50,658 nucleotides of DNA from Hemiscyllium ocellatum (taxonomy: Eukaryota), in assembly GCF_020745735.1 (NCBI RefSeq), contig NW_026867761.1:62001-112658 (forward strand). The letters run 5' to 3'. Of this stretch, positions 36,801 through 50,658 are shown in pieces (the first letter of the stretch is position 1; each line of letters begins with the position of its first letter). The position numbers and the translations under genes were made by a program. Below the pieces are notes generated by a model. It was given only the letters and a program-made list of their open reading frames with translations. It was not told the origin of the DNA and did no database searches.

Positions 36801-37170
36801 ATTGAACATTTTTGAAGAGGAAACAAAATTACTGGACACAGTAATGTCAATGGATGTTGTTTATAGGGACTTCCAGAAGGCATTTGATAAAATCCCATGT
36901 AAGAAACTGTCAACTCAGTTAGAAATCCACAGAATTGAGGCTAAAATACTGCCATAGCAAAATTTGTTGAGTGACAGGTGACAGAAAATAGGGATCATGG
37001 ATAAGTGCTGAAATCAGCAGGATGTGACCAGTGGTGTCCAATAGGAATGTGTGCGCACACCTCAATTATTTACATTATTTATTAATGCATTGGATAAAGG
37101 CATAGAAAGTATGATACTCTAGTTTGCTAATGACACAAAGTTAGGCAGCTTTGTAGGTAGTGTTCATAGA
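33820..37170 (+). mobile_element. Degenerate CR1-like LINE (ORF1 and ORF2 remnants) with a V-SINE insertion
   Basis: MTDMLNKYFTS and MELKSDKSSGPEG..ALTIIFQ..DSG motifs; gacttccagaaggcatttgataaa RT motif. Confidence 0.8.
36167..36425 (-). mobile_element. V-SINE copy
   Basis: Reverse complement of the A/B boxes and core of 654-960. Confidence 0.8.
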
Positions 37171-37358
37171 GTCAGAGAGTCAACATTCATCCAGTGCAAT
37201 CTTTAACAGAGTATAATTTATCTTTGACATACAACTCCCTGACTCCATCTCTCTCTCTCACACTCTCTCTCCACACCCCTCTCTAACTCAGCTGCACAGA
37301 TCTCAGTCTGAGTTCCATCCTTCTTTCTCTGTCCAAGCTCTATCCCCCTCTCTTTTAG

Positions 37359-37360
37359 TG

Positions 37361-37396
<36 letters not shown>

Positions 37397-37397
37397 C
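37359..37397. repeat. (CT)n microsatellite
   Basis: Read directly. Confidence 0.9.
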
Positions 37398-38879
37398 TGT
37401 GCTCCATCTCTTGCTCTCTAAGCCGTATCCCTCCCTCCATTTCAGCTGCTGGGAGTTCGATCTGAGCCAATGCCAGTGAATCCCATGGAGAATAATGACG
37501 GGATATTTGGAGTGTGAGTTTGATGATGTAAATGTGAACCATTGCAGCAAAGACATTACAGATGGTTTGTACAGACAGCAAAGCCCAAACCAGAGCATTG
37601 TGTCAATCAACACAGAACTTAAAAAAGCTTCAATAAAAACAATTATTAATGTGACTCTCAGAGGTATCATTATTCTAGTTACAAATGGCTATTTCTCAGT
37701 GAAGGTCCATCCTGCTGAATATTAGATACAGCTGGGCTTTGAAGAAATATTGGGCAGATGGAGTGTAATGTGGGGGAGTGTGACCTTGTTCACTTTCACA
37801 ATAATCATTCAAATGTGCCTGGAGAGTTGTTAGGTCCACACAGCAAAACTTGCCATTGGGTATAATCCATTAAGTGTGATAAATACAGAAACTCGCTTAG
37901 TTCTAGTTGTCAGTGAGTTCTTGTCAACATTCTTTTAACAAATCAATTTTATACAAGAATGATATACAACAAACCCTCTCTATACAACCTTCTCAGCTGG
38001 GAATAGGGAATGAATCTGGTTTTGTGACGAGACCACATTCCTCGAGTCTACACAGAATTAAATTGAACAGTTTGGTTCAGAAGCCAATACTACAGGAGAA
38101 CGCCAATTACTCTGATATGGTTCAATCAGCTGATTCTCCAACATGGAAGCCCTCTGTTCCATCGCCGGTTTCGGTTGGTTTTTGTTTTATTTTGTCTGAA
38201 TTACCAAATTCATGTTATATTTGATTCATGTGGTAGATCTAAGTGTATCAATACAAGTCCACAAGATAAAGGAGCAGAATTGGGCCATTTGGCCCATCAT
38301 GTCTGATCATTTACAGTTGATAATGTTTCTCAGCTCCAATCTCTTCCCTTTTCCCTGTAAATCTTGATCCCTTGACCAATCAAGAGCCAATCTATCTCTT
38401 TGTTAAATACACTCAATGAATTGGCCTCCAAGGCCATCTGCAGTTCCACAGATTAATGACAATCTGGCTGAAGAAATTCCTTCTCAACCCAATTCGAAAG
38501 ATCGTCTCTTCACTCTGAGTCTGTGCCCTCGGGTCTCCTACTCTCCAATTATTAGAAACATCTCCTCCATGTCCACTCTATCCAGGCCACCCTGTATTCT
38601 GTAAGTTTCAATGACATTCCCTCTCATCTTTCTAAACTCCATCAAGTACAGAACCAAAGTCCTCAAAGACTCCTCATACAAACACCTTTGTATTGTCTGA
38701 GCAGCCTCACTAAATCTACCTGTTGATCTTTCTCCAGATTCAAAAATACAGCGTCTGAAGTCTCAAATATCTCTGAATTTGTTCATGTAATAACAGGAAG
38801 TTACTTTGGGAAGTGTCCAGGTCTTTTTTGATCTCAAGCTTTTTCTGATCCCCTCCTCTATTATACTCTCTACTTGACA

Positions 38880-40100
38880 AACCTGTACATGATGGGATGG
38901 TTCCTCAAAAACTGGGAGAGGAATTAAGGATGCTGGTTTTGTATTGAGGTTTACCTATAACTTGACAAGTAAGACACGCTTTATAAAACTGCACCACATC
39001 TTTAACCAATTGTGGCTCAGTAAAGTACCTGTTTCTGGATGCCTGTGTTTTCCAAATCCCCCTGTGAACTGCCATGGGAGTCTCATGTGCCCCTTGTACT
39101 ATCTCCCTATGATAGCTGGGTGGGACCACTAGGCAATGTCTAACCGACCATTCTTCATCTGGGGGTCTATGAGTGGGTCTCCACTTCCTCATCAGCGCTC
39201 CATTCTGAACACAATAACACTCTGAAATTCCTTCGGCCTCGACCTCAGTATGAGCTGACTGTGCTCATTTATTTCATTCAGGATCTGCTTTTTGGATCTG
39301 CTGCAATTAATGACATCATACCAACCACTCCACCTGGATTATCTTCACCCTTTCGGAAAGTTTCAGCGATCCTTTCACTTGCTGTGGTGTCACATCAACC
39401 CTTATTGATGGATTTTGTTTAACCATTGCCCTGGTTACCTCACACGAAGGAGAGAGACCAGGAACCTGTTCCTGTCATTGTTCTGTTTCTTGGCCCTCCT
39501 TTGGACATTCTGTAATTATCGGGGAAGCTACTGCCTTTAGTCCTGACAAACCATTCCCCAGAAGGAAATCGACTCCTTCAACAGGGAATGTTTTCCCATT
39601 CCAACAATTACTTCTCCTGATAACAAATCACATTCCAGTTGTACTGTATACAATGGAAGTGGAATATATTTTCCACCAATCCCATTGATTAATACCTTAG
39701 CTACCATTGAGCTCTCTGGAGGGAAAATCAACTCTTTCACCAGTAAAAGGGACTGTGTTGCTCCTGTATCTCTCAGTTTGGTTCTGGGTTTAGCTGAAGA
39801 AAAAGGCGTCACCATTCCTTTTGATAAAAGTCCTGTCCACCTCTCATCTACCTGACAACCTCCTTTACTAATGACAGAATTCACCTCCAGCCTTTTTGTT
39901 ATAGTTACAGCTACAACCTGCTCTGTGGGATTATCTGTTTGGGTTGCCCTCTCTGACTCATTTTTACGAACTCCCATAAATCCCATGGGTTTACCTCACA
40001 ACTTCTAACATTCCAAACATACATGGCCCACCTTATTCCAAGAGAAAAATTTCAGCTTCTGATCATCACTTCCACCCTCACCAATTTCCTTCTTCATCTG
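38880..40100 (-). mobile_element. Gmr1-like Ty3/Gypsy LTR retrotransposon relic: degenerate zinc knuckle, aspartic protease (LRDTGATQS), integrase HHCC region
   Basis: ORF 39537-39986 has LRDTGATQSLL; ORF 38905-39192 has MRKWRP..DEEWSV..LVVPPSYHREIVQGAHETPMAVHRG..CLTCQVIGKP; integrase follows protease with no RT between. Confidence 0.85.
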
Positions 40101-40789
40101 AGGAGGAGTTCTTGGGCTGTTCCCTCCTGTCCATTCTCTCCCCTGGCTATCTACCTTCCTTAGACTCTCCCAATTTTTTTTTTTCTCCCATTTCTGGGCC
40201 TGATGGGAAAAAGGTTTCTGGATCGGTCTCCCATCAGGTGACTTCCCCACCTCCTGATGCTGCTTGGCTTGTTGTGCTCTTCCTGCCTCCTGTTTGTCTA
40301 CTTTGGATTCCAGCATCTGCAGGGTTTTGGTTTTAACAAAGTCTACAATCATTAGCCATTCTAGCTGCTTGTCTTACTGTCGTTCCCCTTTGGTCATCTA
40401 CATGAATTCTGATTCTAGAAGGGAAGGAAGTTCTTCTCAAAGGATAACTTCTCTGAGAGCATTGTAAGTATTCTCAGCTGTTAATGCCCTTATCCACCTG
40501 TCAACATTATTTTGTTAAACTCTCTTAAACTCAGTAGAGATTTTTCCAGGCTGTTGTGTAAGTTCTGAAACATCTCTCTGTAATGTTTCTGGAGCCAACT
40601 CATATGTGCTTAGAATAGACATTTTCACCTCCTCATGATTCCGAAAATATTCCTCTGACAGGGATGTAGAAACCTCTTGTGCTTCCCAAGTTCATTTTTG
40701 CATGGGCAAGGTCCAACCTGTTTTTCCCACCTCCCTGATGTTGCTATCTTCTGAAACAACATGAAAAATGCTTCCATATCCTTCTCTTC

Positions 40790-43700
40790 ATAGTCATAGA
40801 GTCATACAGCAAACAATCAGGCCCTTCTGTTTGTCGACATGTCGATGCCAATCAGTCATCACCAAACTCCATTTACCTGCACTTGGTCCATAGCCTTCCA
40901 TGCACTGGCATTTTATGTGCTCATCTGGATGTTTCTTAAATGTTGTGAGAGGAGCTTCCTCCACCACCTTCTCAAACAGCACATTCCATATTTCTACCAT
41001 CCTCTGGAGAAAACAAGTCCTCAAAACCCCTCTAAATCACTTTTTCATACGGTATGCTTATTGCCTCTGGTCATAGACATGTCTGACATGGGGAAAAGAT
41101 TCTCACAATTGACTTTGTCTATGCCTTTCATATTTTTGTATACCTCAACCGGATTCCCCCCAGAGAAAACAAACCCAGTCTATCCAGTCTCTCCTCATAA
41201 CGAAAATTTTCCATCCCAGGGAACATTCTGGTTAATCTCCTCTGCATCCTCTCCAGTCCAATCACGTTCTTCCAACAGTGTCACGACCAGAAATGTGCAC
41301 AATATTCCAGACATGACCTAACCAGTGCTCTGTCAGGTAACAACACAAATTTCTACTTCCTATATTTTACACTCTGGCTAATGATGGCAATCATCCCATA
41401 TGCCTTCTTCACCACCCTGTCTAGCTGTGCTGATACCTTCCAGGATTGATGGACTTGTACACCAAGGTCCCTTTGTTCCTCAGTACTCCCAAGGAACATA
41501 AGAACATAAGAACTAGGAGCAGGAGTAGTCCAAGTGTCCCTTCAACCCTGCTCTGCCATTCAATAAGATCATGGCTGATCTTTTCATGGACTCGGCTCCA
41601 CATAAGACCATAAGACAAAGGAGTGGAAGTAAGGCCATTTGGTCCATCGAGTCCACTCCGCCATTCAATCATGGGTGATGGGCATTTATCGACAGTTACC
41701 TACACTCTCCCTGTAGCCCTTAATTCATTGCAAGATTAGAATTTATCAATCTCTGCCTTGAAGACATTTAATATTTCAGATGCCACTGCGCTCTGTGGCA
41801 ATGAATTCTAAAGGCCCATCACTCTCTAGCTGAAAAGTCTCCTCAGTTCTGTTTTAAACTGACCCTCTCTAACTCTAAGGCTCTGCCCACGGGTCCTAGT
41901 ACCCCACCTAATGGAAACAATTTCTCAGCATCCACCCTTTCTAAGCCATGCATTATCTTGTAAGTTTCTATTAGATCTCCCCTTCTACACTGGAATGAAT
42001 ACAATCCCAGGATTTTCAGCCGTTCATCATATATTAGGCTTACCATTCCAGGGATCATCCATGTGAATCTCCACTGGACACGGTCCAGTGTCAATATGTC
42101 CTTCCTGAGGTGTGGGACTGGACTAAATGGGGCCTAACCAGAGCATTATAAAGTCTCAGTAGCACATCTCATTTTACATTCCAACCCTCTTGATATAAAT
42201 TAGGAGAAAGTGAGGACTGCAGATGCTGGAGATCAGAGCTGAAAAATGTGTTGCTGGAAAAGTGCAGCAGGTCAAGCAGCATCCAAGGAGCAGGAGAATT
42301 GGTGTTTCAGGCATAAGCCCTTCTTCATTCCTGCTCCGCTTTTCCAGCAAACACATTTTTCAGCTCTTGAGATAAATGACAACATTACATTTGCTTTCTT
42401 AACCACAGATTCAACCTGCAAGTTAACCTTTAGAGAATCCAGGACTAGCATTCCTAGATCACTTTGTATTTTGGCTTTATGAATTTTCTCACCGTCTAGA
42501 AAATTGTCCATGCCTGTATTCTTTTTTCTAAAGTTGAAGACCTGGCATTTCCTCTCACTGTATCTCTTAATTCCTTTATTGCTAAAGAAAATCTGTCTTA
42601 GCTTTAAAACATTTACTGGAGTAGCATCAATTTCTTCATTGAGCAAGGAATTTCATAGATTTATGACCCTCTGGGTAAGAGGTTCCTTCTCAATTCAGTC
42701 CTAAATCTGCTCCCCCTAATTTTGAGGTTCAACCCTCTTGTTTTAGTTCCACCTGCCAGTGGGAACATCCTCTCTCCTTCTGTCTTATCTATTTTCTTTA
42801 TAATTTTATTTGTTTCTATAAGATTCCCCTCATTCTCCTAAGTTCCAATGAATATATCCCAGTCTACACAGTCTCCCTTCATAAGCCAACCCCCTCCACC
42901 TCAGAATTAGCCTCGTGAACTTTCTCTGCAGGCCTCTAGTGCTGGTATTGCCTTTTTCAAGTAAGGAGATCATTACTGCATGCAGTGCTCCAGGTGTGGT
43001 CTCACCAACACCCTGTACAGCGGCAACATAACCTTCCTGCTTTTTAAAATCAATCTCTTTAGCAATGAAGGACAAAATTCCATTTGCCTTCCTAATTGCT
43101 TGTTGTACCTGTAGACCAACCCTCTGTGATTCATGCATAAGGACACTCAAGGCACATGCCTTTCATTGTGTATATCCTTCCCTTATTAGGCCTCCCAAAT
43201 CGATCACCTCAGAGGTGTCAGGATTAAATTACATCAGCCATTGCTCTGCCCAATTTACCAGCTGACCAATATCAGACTGTAGCCTGAGACCCAGTAATCC
43301 AAGATGGCAGCAGAGTAGGACACTTCAGACTGAGTTCATCTGCTCCGTCTGTTTCCTTTTCTTCTTTCTATTCCACTTCTCTTTTCCTTTACTTTTGTCC
43401 TTCTCCCTTATTTCTTCTCCTGGGCACGGACTCCCAGCCTCAGTCGCCTGGCCTCTGACCCAGTGCAGACCTAATGATGTGCCTCTTGGCTTGGTTTGGC
43501 AGTGTCCTGGCCTGGCAGGGAGACCTTCCAGAGCTGAAAAATGTGTTGCTGGAAAAGCGCAGTAGATCAGACAGCATCCAAGGAGCAGGAGAGTCGGCAT
43601 TTCGGGCATGAGCCCTTCTTCAGGGATACCTTCCAGCCCAATGGGGCAGACTCTTGGTCCAACATGATGGCCTCTCAGTTTGATGTGGTGGCCTCTCAGC

Positions 43701-44160
43701 CCAGCTAAGTTCTTAAGAAACGCTATAATACTTGAACTTCCAGCTTTATTTCTTCATTTTCTACTTAAAACTAAACAGATCTGCAACGTGTAACTTTGAA
43801 CTTTATTCTTTCTTCCTACCTTGTTCTTACGATTCTGTACTGAGGTCCTTGTACCTAAGATGGCACCTTGTGAGGTGGCGTTACATACTTTTCACTGTAC
43901 TCCAATACTTTTGCACTCGAATACACGTGACAATAAACTAAAATAAAAATCAAATCAATATCAATAACACCACCAATTTATGTGGCCTCTGAAAAACCTT
44001 CGATTTATACAATCACAGTCAATTTGTTAATGTACATTATAAACAGCAAGGGTCCCAGCCCCAATCCCTGTCTTACACCACTGGTCACAGGTTTCCAATC
44101 ACAAAGACAACCCTCCACCATCACTCTTTGCCTCATATTTGGATCCAATTTGCCAAAATG
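40790..44160 (-). mobile_element. Nested, degenerate CR1-like LINE fragments on the minus strand (another 3' end at about 38270-38690)
   Basis: MRTCFLQRMVEIWNVL, TLDRVQWRFTWMIPGM..RRGDLIETYKIM and LQVQQAIRKANGIL motifs. Confidence 0.8.
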
Positions 44161-44179
44161 CCTTGGATCCAATGGGCTC

Positions 44180-46140
44180 TTACAATAACTCCAGGAAAGG
44201 CAAGAGAGGTAGGCAAGTAGTGCAGGAGTCTTCTGTGGCTATTCCCATTTCAAACAAGTATGCTGTTTTGGAAAATGTAGGGGGTGATGGAAACTCAGGG
44301 GTACTTAGCATGAGCAGCCAAGTTTCTGGTATTGACATTGGCTCTAATGTAATGGGAGGTATGTTGGGTTCCAAACAATCGACTGTGTTAGGGGACTCTC
44401 TAGCCCGAGGTACTGACAGACATTTCTGTGACCAGCAGTGAAAAATCAGAATGGTGTTTTGCTTTCCTGGTGCCAGGATCAAGGATGTCCCCGTGAGGGT
44501 GCAGAATGTTCTTAAGGTGGAGAGGGACCAGCAGGAGGTCATTGTACACTTTGGAACCAACAAATGCGGCACGGTGGCACAGTGCTTAGCACTGCTGCCT
44601 CACAGCGCCAGAGACCTGGGTTCAATTCCCGACTCAGGCGACTGACTGTGTGGAGTTTGTACGTTCTCCCCGTGTCTGCGTGGGTTTCCTCCGGGTGTTC
44701 CGGTTTCCTCCCACAGTTTAAAGATGTGCGGGTCAGGTGAATTGGCCATGCCAAATTGCCCGTAGTGTTAGGTAAGGGGTAAATGTAGGGGTATGGGTGG
44801 GTGCGCTTCGGCGGGTCGGTGTGGACTTGTTGGGCCAAAGGGCCTGTTTCCACAATGTAAGTAATCTAATCTAATCTAAACATAGTAAGGGAAAAGGTTG
44901 AGATTCTGAAGGGATATTGCAGAGAGTTAGGCAGGAATTTAAAAAGGAGGTCCTCAAGAGTAGTCATATCTGAATTACTCCTGGTGCTATGAGCCAGTGA
45001 GGGCAGGAATAGGAGGATAGAGCAGATGAATGCATGGCTGAGGAGCTGGTGTATGGGAGAAGGATTCACATTTTTGGATCTTTGGAAGCTGTTTTGAGGT
45101 AGCAGTGACCTGTACAAAAAGGACAGATTGCACCTAAATTGGAAGGGGACTAATATACTGGCAGGGAGATTTGCTAGAGCTGCTCGGGAGGATTTAACCT
45201 AGTAAGGTGGGCGGGTGGGACCCAGGGAGATAGTGAGGAAAGATTTCAACCTCAGATTGGTAAAGTTGAGAACAAAGACAAGTCAAACAGTCAGGGCAGG
45301 CGAGGACAAAGCAGAGAACAAGGTAAGACTGATAAATTAAACTGCATTTATTTCAATGCAAGAGGCCTAACAGGGAAGGAAGATGAACATAGGGCGTGGT
45401 TAGGAACATGGGACTGGGATATCATAGCAATTATAGAAATATGGCTCAGGATGGACTGGACTGGCGGTTTAATGTTCTAGGATACAAATGCTACAGGAAG
45501 GACAGAAAGGGAGGCACAAGAGGAGGGAGAGTGGCATTTTTGATAAGGGATAGCATGACAGCTGTACTTAGAGAGGATATTCCCAGAAGTACATCTAGGG
45601 AAGTTATTTGAATGGAACTGAGAAGAAAGAAGGGGATAATCACCCTGTTGGGATTATATTATAGCCCCCTCCAGTAGTCAATGGGAAATTGAGAAATTTG
45701 TAAGGAGATTTCAGTTATCAGTAAGAATAATGGGGTCGTTATAGTAGGGGATGTTAACCTTCCAAATATAGACCGGGACTGCCATTGTGTTAAGGGTTTA
45801 GATGGAGAGGAATTTGTTAAGTGCGTACAAGACAATTTTCTGATTCAGTATGTGGATGTACCTACTAGAGAAGGTGCAAAGTTCGACTACTCTTGGAAAT
45901 AAGGCAGGGCAGGTGACTGAGGAGTCAGTGGAGGACCACTTTTGGTCAGCGACCATAATTCTATTCATTTTAAAATAGTGATGGAAAAGGATAGACCAGA
46001 TCCAGAAGTTGAAGTTCTAAATTGGAGGAAGGCTAATTTTGCCAGTATCAGGCAAGAGCTCTGAAAAGCTGATTGGGGGCAGTTGCTCGCAGGTAAAGGG
46101 ACAGCTGGAAAATGGGAAACCTTCAGAAATGAGATAACTT
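44180..46140 (+). mobile_element. CR1-like LINE ORF1 (esterase-like) plus endonuclease, truncated, with a V-SINE insertion
   Basis: IPISNKYAVL, MVFCFPGARIKDV and GYKCYRKDRKGGTRGGRVAFLIRD motifs. Confidence 0.85.
44568..44880 (+). mobile_element. Full-length V-SINE (HE1-like) with (TCTAA)n tail, inserted into LINE ORF1
   Basis: Near-identical to 654-960 and interrupts contiguous LINE sequence. Confidence 0.88.
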
Positions 46141-46500
46141 AGAACATAGAACATAGAACAATACAGCACAGAACAGGCCCTTCGGCCCACGATGTTGTGC
46201 CGAACATCTATCCTAGATTAAGCACCCATCCATGTACCTATCAAATTGCCGCTTAAAGGTCACCAGTGATTCTGACTCTACCACTCCCACGGGCAGCGCA
46301 TTCCATGCCCCCAAAACTCTCTGGGTAAAGAACACACCCCTGACATCTCCCCTATAACTTCCACCCTTCACCTTAAATTTATGTCCACTTGTAACACTCC
46401 ATTGTACCAGGGGAAAAGTTTCTGACTGTCTTCTACTCTCTATTCCTCTGATCATCTTTATAAATCTCTATCAAGTCACCCCTCATCCTTCGCCGTGGAT
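46140..46500 (-). mobile_element. CR1-like LINE 3' end
   Basis: ORF 46213-46455 has VRGVFFTQRVLGAWNALP; (TTCTA)n-like tail. Confidence 0.85.
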
Positions 46501-46519
46501 ATGGTTTATTTGGACTTTG

Positions 46520-49500
46520 TAAGGAGAGTAGATTGGCGGTTCTGTGGTCAAAAACAAGACTCACGAATAGCATGTTGCCTCCCAGTTGCACGGGTCAGGG
46601 ATGTCTCAGATCAGCTGCAAGACATTCTGAAGGGGGAGGTGAACAGCTAGCTGTGATGGTTCATGTAGGCACCGATGATATCGGTAATAAATGGAATGAG
46701 GTCCTACAAACAGAATCTAGGGAGTTAGGAACCACATTAAAATGTAGGATCTCAGAGGTAGTAATCTCAGGATTGCTCCCAGTGCCATGTGCTAGTCAGA
46801 GTCGAAATGAAAATATAGGCAGGATGAATGCGTGGCTTGAGAGATGGTGCAGGAGGGAGGGGTTCAGATTTTTGGGACATTGCGACTGGTTCCTGGGGAG
46901 GTGGGACAATTACAAATCGAGCCGTCTACACCTGGGCAGGACTGGAACAAGTGTCCTGTGGGATGTGTTTGATCACACTCTTGGGGAGGGTTCAAAATAG
47001 TGTAGCAGAGGGATGGGAACCAAATGAGGAGGTTAGTGGGCAATAAGGAGGGAGTAACTAAAGCCTGTCAGGAACTAGATATTGAAGTCAGCGTGACTAA
47101 GGCTAAGAGTAGGTAGGGAGAGATGATGAATGCAAAGGGACAGATGATCTGAGGTGCATTTGTTTTAATGTGAGAAGTGTAGTAGGTAAGGCAGAGGAAT
47201 TTAAGGCTTGGACTATTATCTGGGAGTATGATGTTATTACTATTACTGAGACTTGGTTGAGGGAATGGCAAGATTGTTAACTAAATATCTCAGGATACAG
47301 ATGTATCTGATGGGTTCGAGAGGGAGTTAAAATGGATGGAGGAGTTGCATTACAGGTCAGAGAGGATAGAGAGGATATCACACGTGTGCTGAAGGAGGGC
47401 ACTATGGAGGACTCGAGCAGTGGGGCAATATGGGCAGAGCTCAGAAACAGGAAGGGTGCAGTAACAATGTTGGTGCTATCCTACAAGCCTCCTAACAGTG
47501 AACGTGGGCTAGAGGTACAAGTATGTAATCAGATTATGGAAAGATGTAGGAGTAACAAGGTGGTGATGATGGAAGATTTTAATATTCCCAACATTGACTG
47601 GGATTCACTTCATGTTAGAAGTTAAGATGGAGCAGAATTTGTAAGGAGCATCCAGGAGGATTTTACAGAGTAATGTGGAAATAGTCTAACTCAGGAAGGG
47701 GCCATACTGGACTGGTGCTGGGAATGAGTCCGGCCAGGTGGTTGAAATTTCAGTCAGGGATTACTTTGGTAACACTGACCACAATTCCATAAGTTTTAGA
47801 ATGCTCATGGACAAATATGAGAGTGGTCCTCAAGGAAGAGGGCTAAAGTGGAGGAAGGCCAACTATAGCAAAATTTGGCAGGAGCTGGGGAATGTGGATT
47901 GGGAGCAGCTGTTTAAAAGGGAAATCCACATTTGATATGTGGGAGGCTTTTAAAGAAAGGTTGACTAGAGTCAGGACAGACATGTCTCTGTGAAAATAAG
48001 GGATTGAAATGGCAGGATTAGGAAACGCTGGATGACAGATGAAATTGTGAGACTAGCTAAGAGGAAAAAGGATGCATACGTAAGGTCTAGGTAGCTGAAA
48101 ACAGACAAAGCTTTAGAAGAATATCGTGAAAGTAGAAATCTGATCTGAAGTGAGGAATTAAAAGGGCAAAAAGAGGTCACAAATATCATTTACAAACAGG
48201 ATTAAGGAAAATCCCAAATCCTTTTATTCATATATAAGGAGCAAGAGGGTGACTAGAGAAAGGGTTGGTCCACTCAAGGACAAAGGAGGAATGTTATGTG
48301 TGGAGTCAGACAAAATGGATGAGATTCTTAATGAGGCTTTACATCGGTATTCACCAAGGAGAGGGAAATGACAGATGTTGAAGTTGGGGATAGGTGTTTG
48401 ATTACTCAGGGTGAGGTCGGCTTACGGAGGGAGGAAGTGTTGGGTATATTTTAAAAGGCATCAAGGTACACAAGTCCCCAGGCCGGGATGGGATCGATCC
48501 CAGCTTACTGAGGAAAGCAAGAGAGGAAATAGCTGGGATCCTTAATCGATATATTTTAGCAACCTTGAACATGGATGAGGTCCCAGATGACTGGAGAATT
48601 GCTAATGTTTAAGAAGGGTAGCCAGGATAATCCAGGCAAATATCAACCAGTGAGCCTGATGTAGTGGTAGGGAAGCTGCTGGAGAAGATACTGAGGGATA
48701 AGATCTATTTACATTTGGAAGAAAATTGACTTATCAGTTATAGGGAGCATGAAGTTGTGCAGGGAATGTCATGTCTTACCAACTTTATAGAATCTTTTGA
48801 AGAAGAGATGAAGTTGATTGATGAGGGAAGGGCTGTGGGTGTCATATACATGGATTTCAGGAATGCATTTGATAAAGTTCACCATGGTAGCTGATGAAGA
48901 AATTAAAGTCACATGGGGTACAAAGTGTACTCACTAGATGGAGATAGAACAGGCTGGGCAACAGAAGACAGACAGTAGTAGTAGTGGAAGGAGTTTCTCA
49001 AAATGGAGAACAGGAATCCGTGCTGGTACCACTCTTGCTTTGGAAAGACATCAATGATCTGGAGGAAGGTATAGGTGATCTGATTAGCAAGTTTCCAGAT
49101 GACACTAATATTGGTGGAGTAGCAGATAGTGAAGGGGACTATCAGAGAATGTAGCAGAATATAGAATATAGACAGATTGGAGAGTTGGGCAGAGAAACGG
49201 ACGGATGGAGTTCAAACCAGGCAAATGCGATCTGATGAATTTTGGAAGATCCAAATCTGGAGTAAACTGTACGGTGAATGGAACACCCTGGGAAAATTGA
49301 TGCCCAGAGAGACCTGGGTGTTCAGGTCCATTGTACCCTGGAGGTGACAACACAGGTCGACAGAGTGGTCAAGAAGGCATATGCATACCTTCCTTCACCA
49401 GACGTGGTATTCAGTACAAGAATTGAAAGGTCATATTAGAATTATATCAGCCTTTGGCTTGGCCACATTTGGAATACTGCGTACAGTTCTGGTTGCCACA

Positions 49501-50658
49501 TTACCAGAAAGATGTGGATGCTTTGGAGAGGGTGCAGAGGGTTTCACCAGAATTGCCTGGTATGGAGGGCACTAGCTATGAAGAGAGGCTTAGTAGATTA
49601 GGATTATTCTCATTAGAAAGTCGAACATTGAGGGGGGACCTGATTGGGGTCTACAAAATCATGAGAGGTATAGACAGGATGGATAGCAAGAAGCTTTTTC
49701 CCAGAGTGGGGGACTCAATTGCTCTGGGTCATGAGTTCAAAGTGAGAGTGGAAACATTGAAAGGAGATATGCGTGGAAAGTTCTTCACACAGAGAGTGAT
49801 TGGTCCTGGAACACGTTGCCAGTGGAGGTGGTAGAGGCAGGCACAATAGCATCATTCAAGATATATCTAGATAGATACATGGATGGACAGAGAGCAAAGG
49901 GAGATAGACCCTTGTAAAATTGATGACAGATTTAGATGGAGGATATGGACCAGTGCAGGCTAGTAGGGCCGAAGGGCCAGTTCTTGTGCTGTAATTTTCA
50001 TTGCTCTTTTGTTCTTTGAACTGAGGAAGCTCTAAGGAACAGAGTGATCTTGGGGTGCTTCTCCACTGATCCCTGAATATGGCAAGACAGGTTAACAGAG
50101 CAGTTATGAAGGCATAGGGGACACTTGCGTTGTCATGTCAGGTATCGGTTTTAAAAGCAGGAGGATATGCTGCAGTTAAGTAGAACATTGGTGAGGCCAC
50201 AGCTGGAGTACTGTGTGCAGTTCAGGTCACCACACTGTAGGAAAGATGTGATTGCACTGGATGGGGCGCAGAGGGGAATCACAGATGTTGTGTGGGATGG
50301 AAACTTCAGTGATGAAGAGAAATTGGATCAGCTCGGGTTGTTTTCTTCAGAGCAGAAAGGTGGAGGGGGGACCTGATCGAGGTGTATACGGTTATGGGGG
50401 AATGGACAGGAGGAGAGAAAGCAGCTGTTCTCTTCTTGGAGGGTCAATAACAAGTTGGTCACATTCAATGTCAAAGATAGGAGGTTCAAGATGTTTTGAG
50501 GAAAAGTGTTTTTTACCCAGAGGGTGGTGGGGGTCTGGAATGCACAGCCTGGGAAAGTAGGTTGAGGTGGGAAACCTCACAAACTTTAAAAAGTACTTGG
50601 TGGTGAACAGTTGTAAATATCATAATCATTCAAGCTATGGGCCACATGTTGGAAACTG
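46520..50658 (+). mobile_element. Degenerate CR1-like LINE (ORF1 and ORF2 to about 49990) plus a further 3' fragment (about 50030-50658)
   Basis: VMVHVGTDDIG..VVISGLLPVP..MNAWLERWCRREGFRF (esterase-like), PHLEYCVQFWLPHYQKDV and RGKFFTQRV motifs. Confidence 0.85.

Overview
This is eukaryotic DNA from a cartilaginous fish (shark), very rich in repeats; the species cannot be determined from the sequence. The one intact host gene is a complete, unrearranged immunoglobulin kappa-type light-chain cluster (shark type III/NS4-like) on the minus strand. It comprises leader (27044-27092), V (26559-26857) with a perfect 12-RSS, J (26027-26061) with a perfect 23-RSS, an 11.4-kb J-C intron and C (14338-14666). 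An inverted, 5'-truncated copy of the C 3' end and 3'UTR at about 2033-2540 runs directly into a decayed retroviral RT fragment. Candidate regulatory sites are a consensus CTCF site (5844-5862), a variant-octamer/PU.1/TATA V promoter, an EICE-centred motif cluster (about 32390-32500) and an intronic E-box hexamer array. The rest is decayed CR1-like LINEs, V-SINE/HE1-like SINEs, Penelope-like elements with hammerhead-like cores, a probable RTE-like LINE, a Gmr1-like Gypsy relic and micro/minisatellites. Repeat boundaries are approximate and family names come from recalled motifs, not database searches. Most ORFs in the supplied track are TE fragments or chance ORFs.
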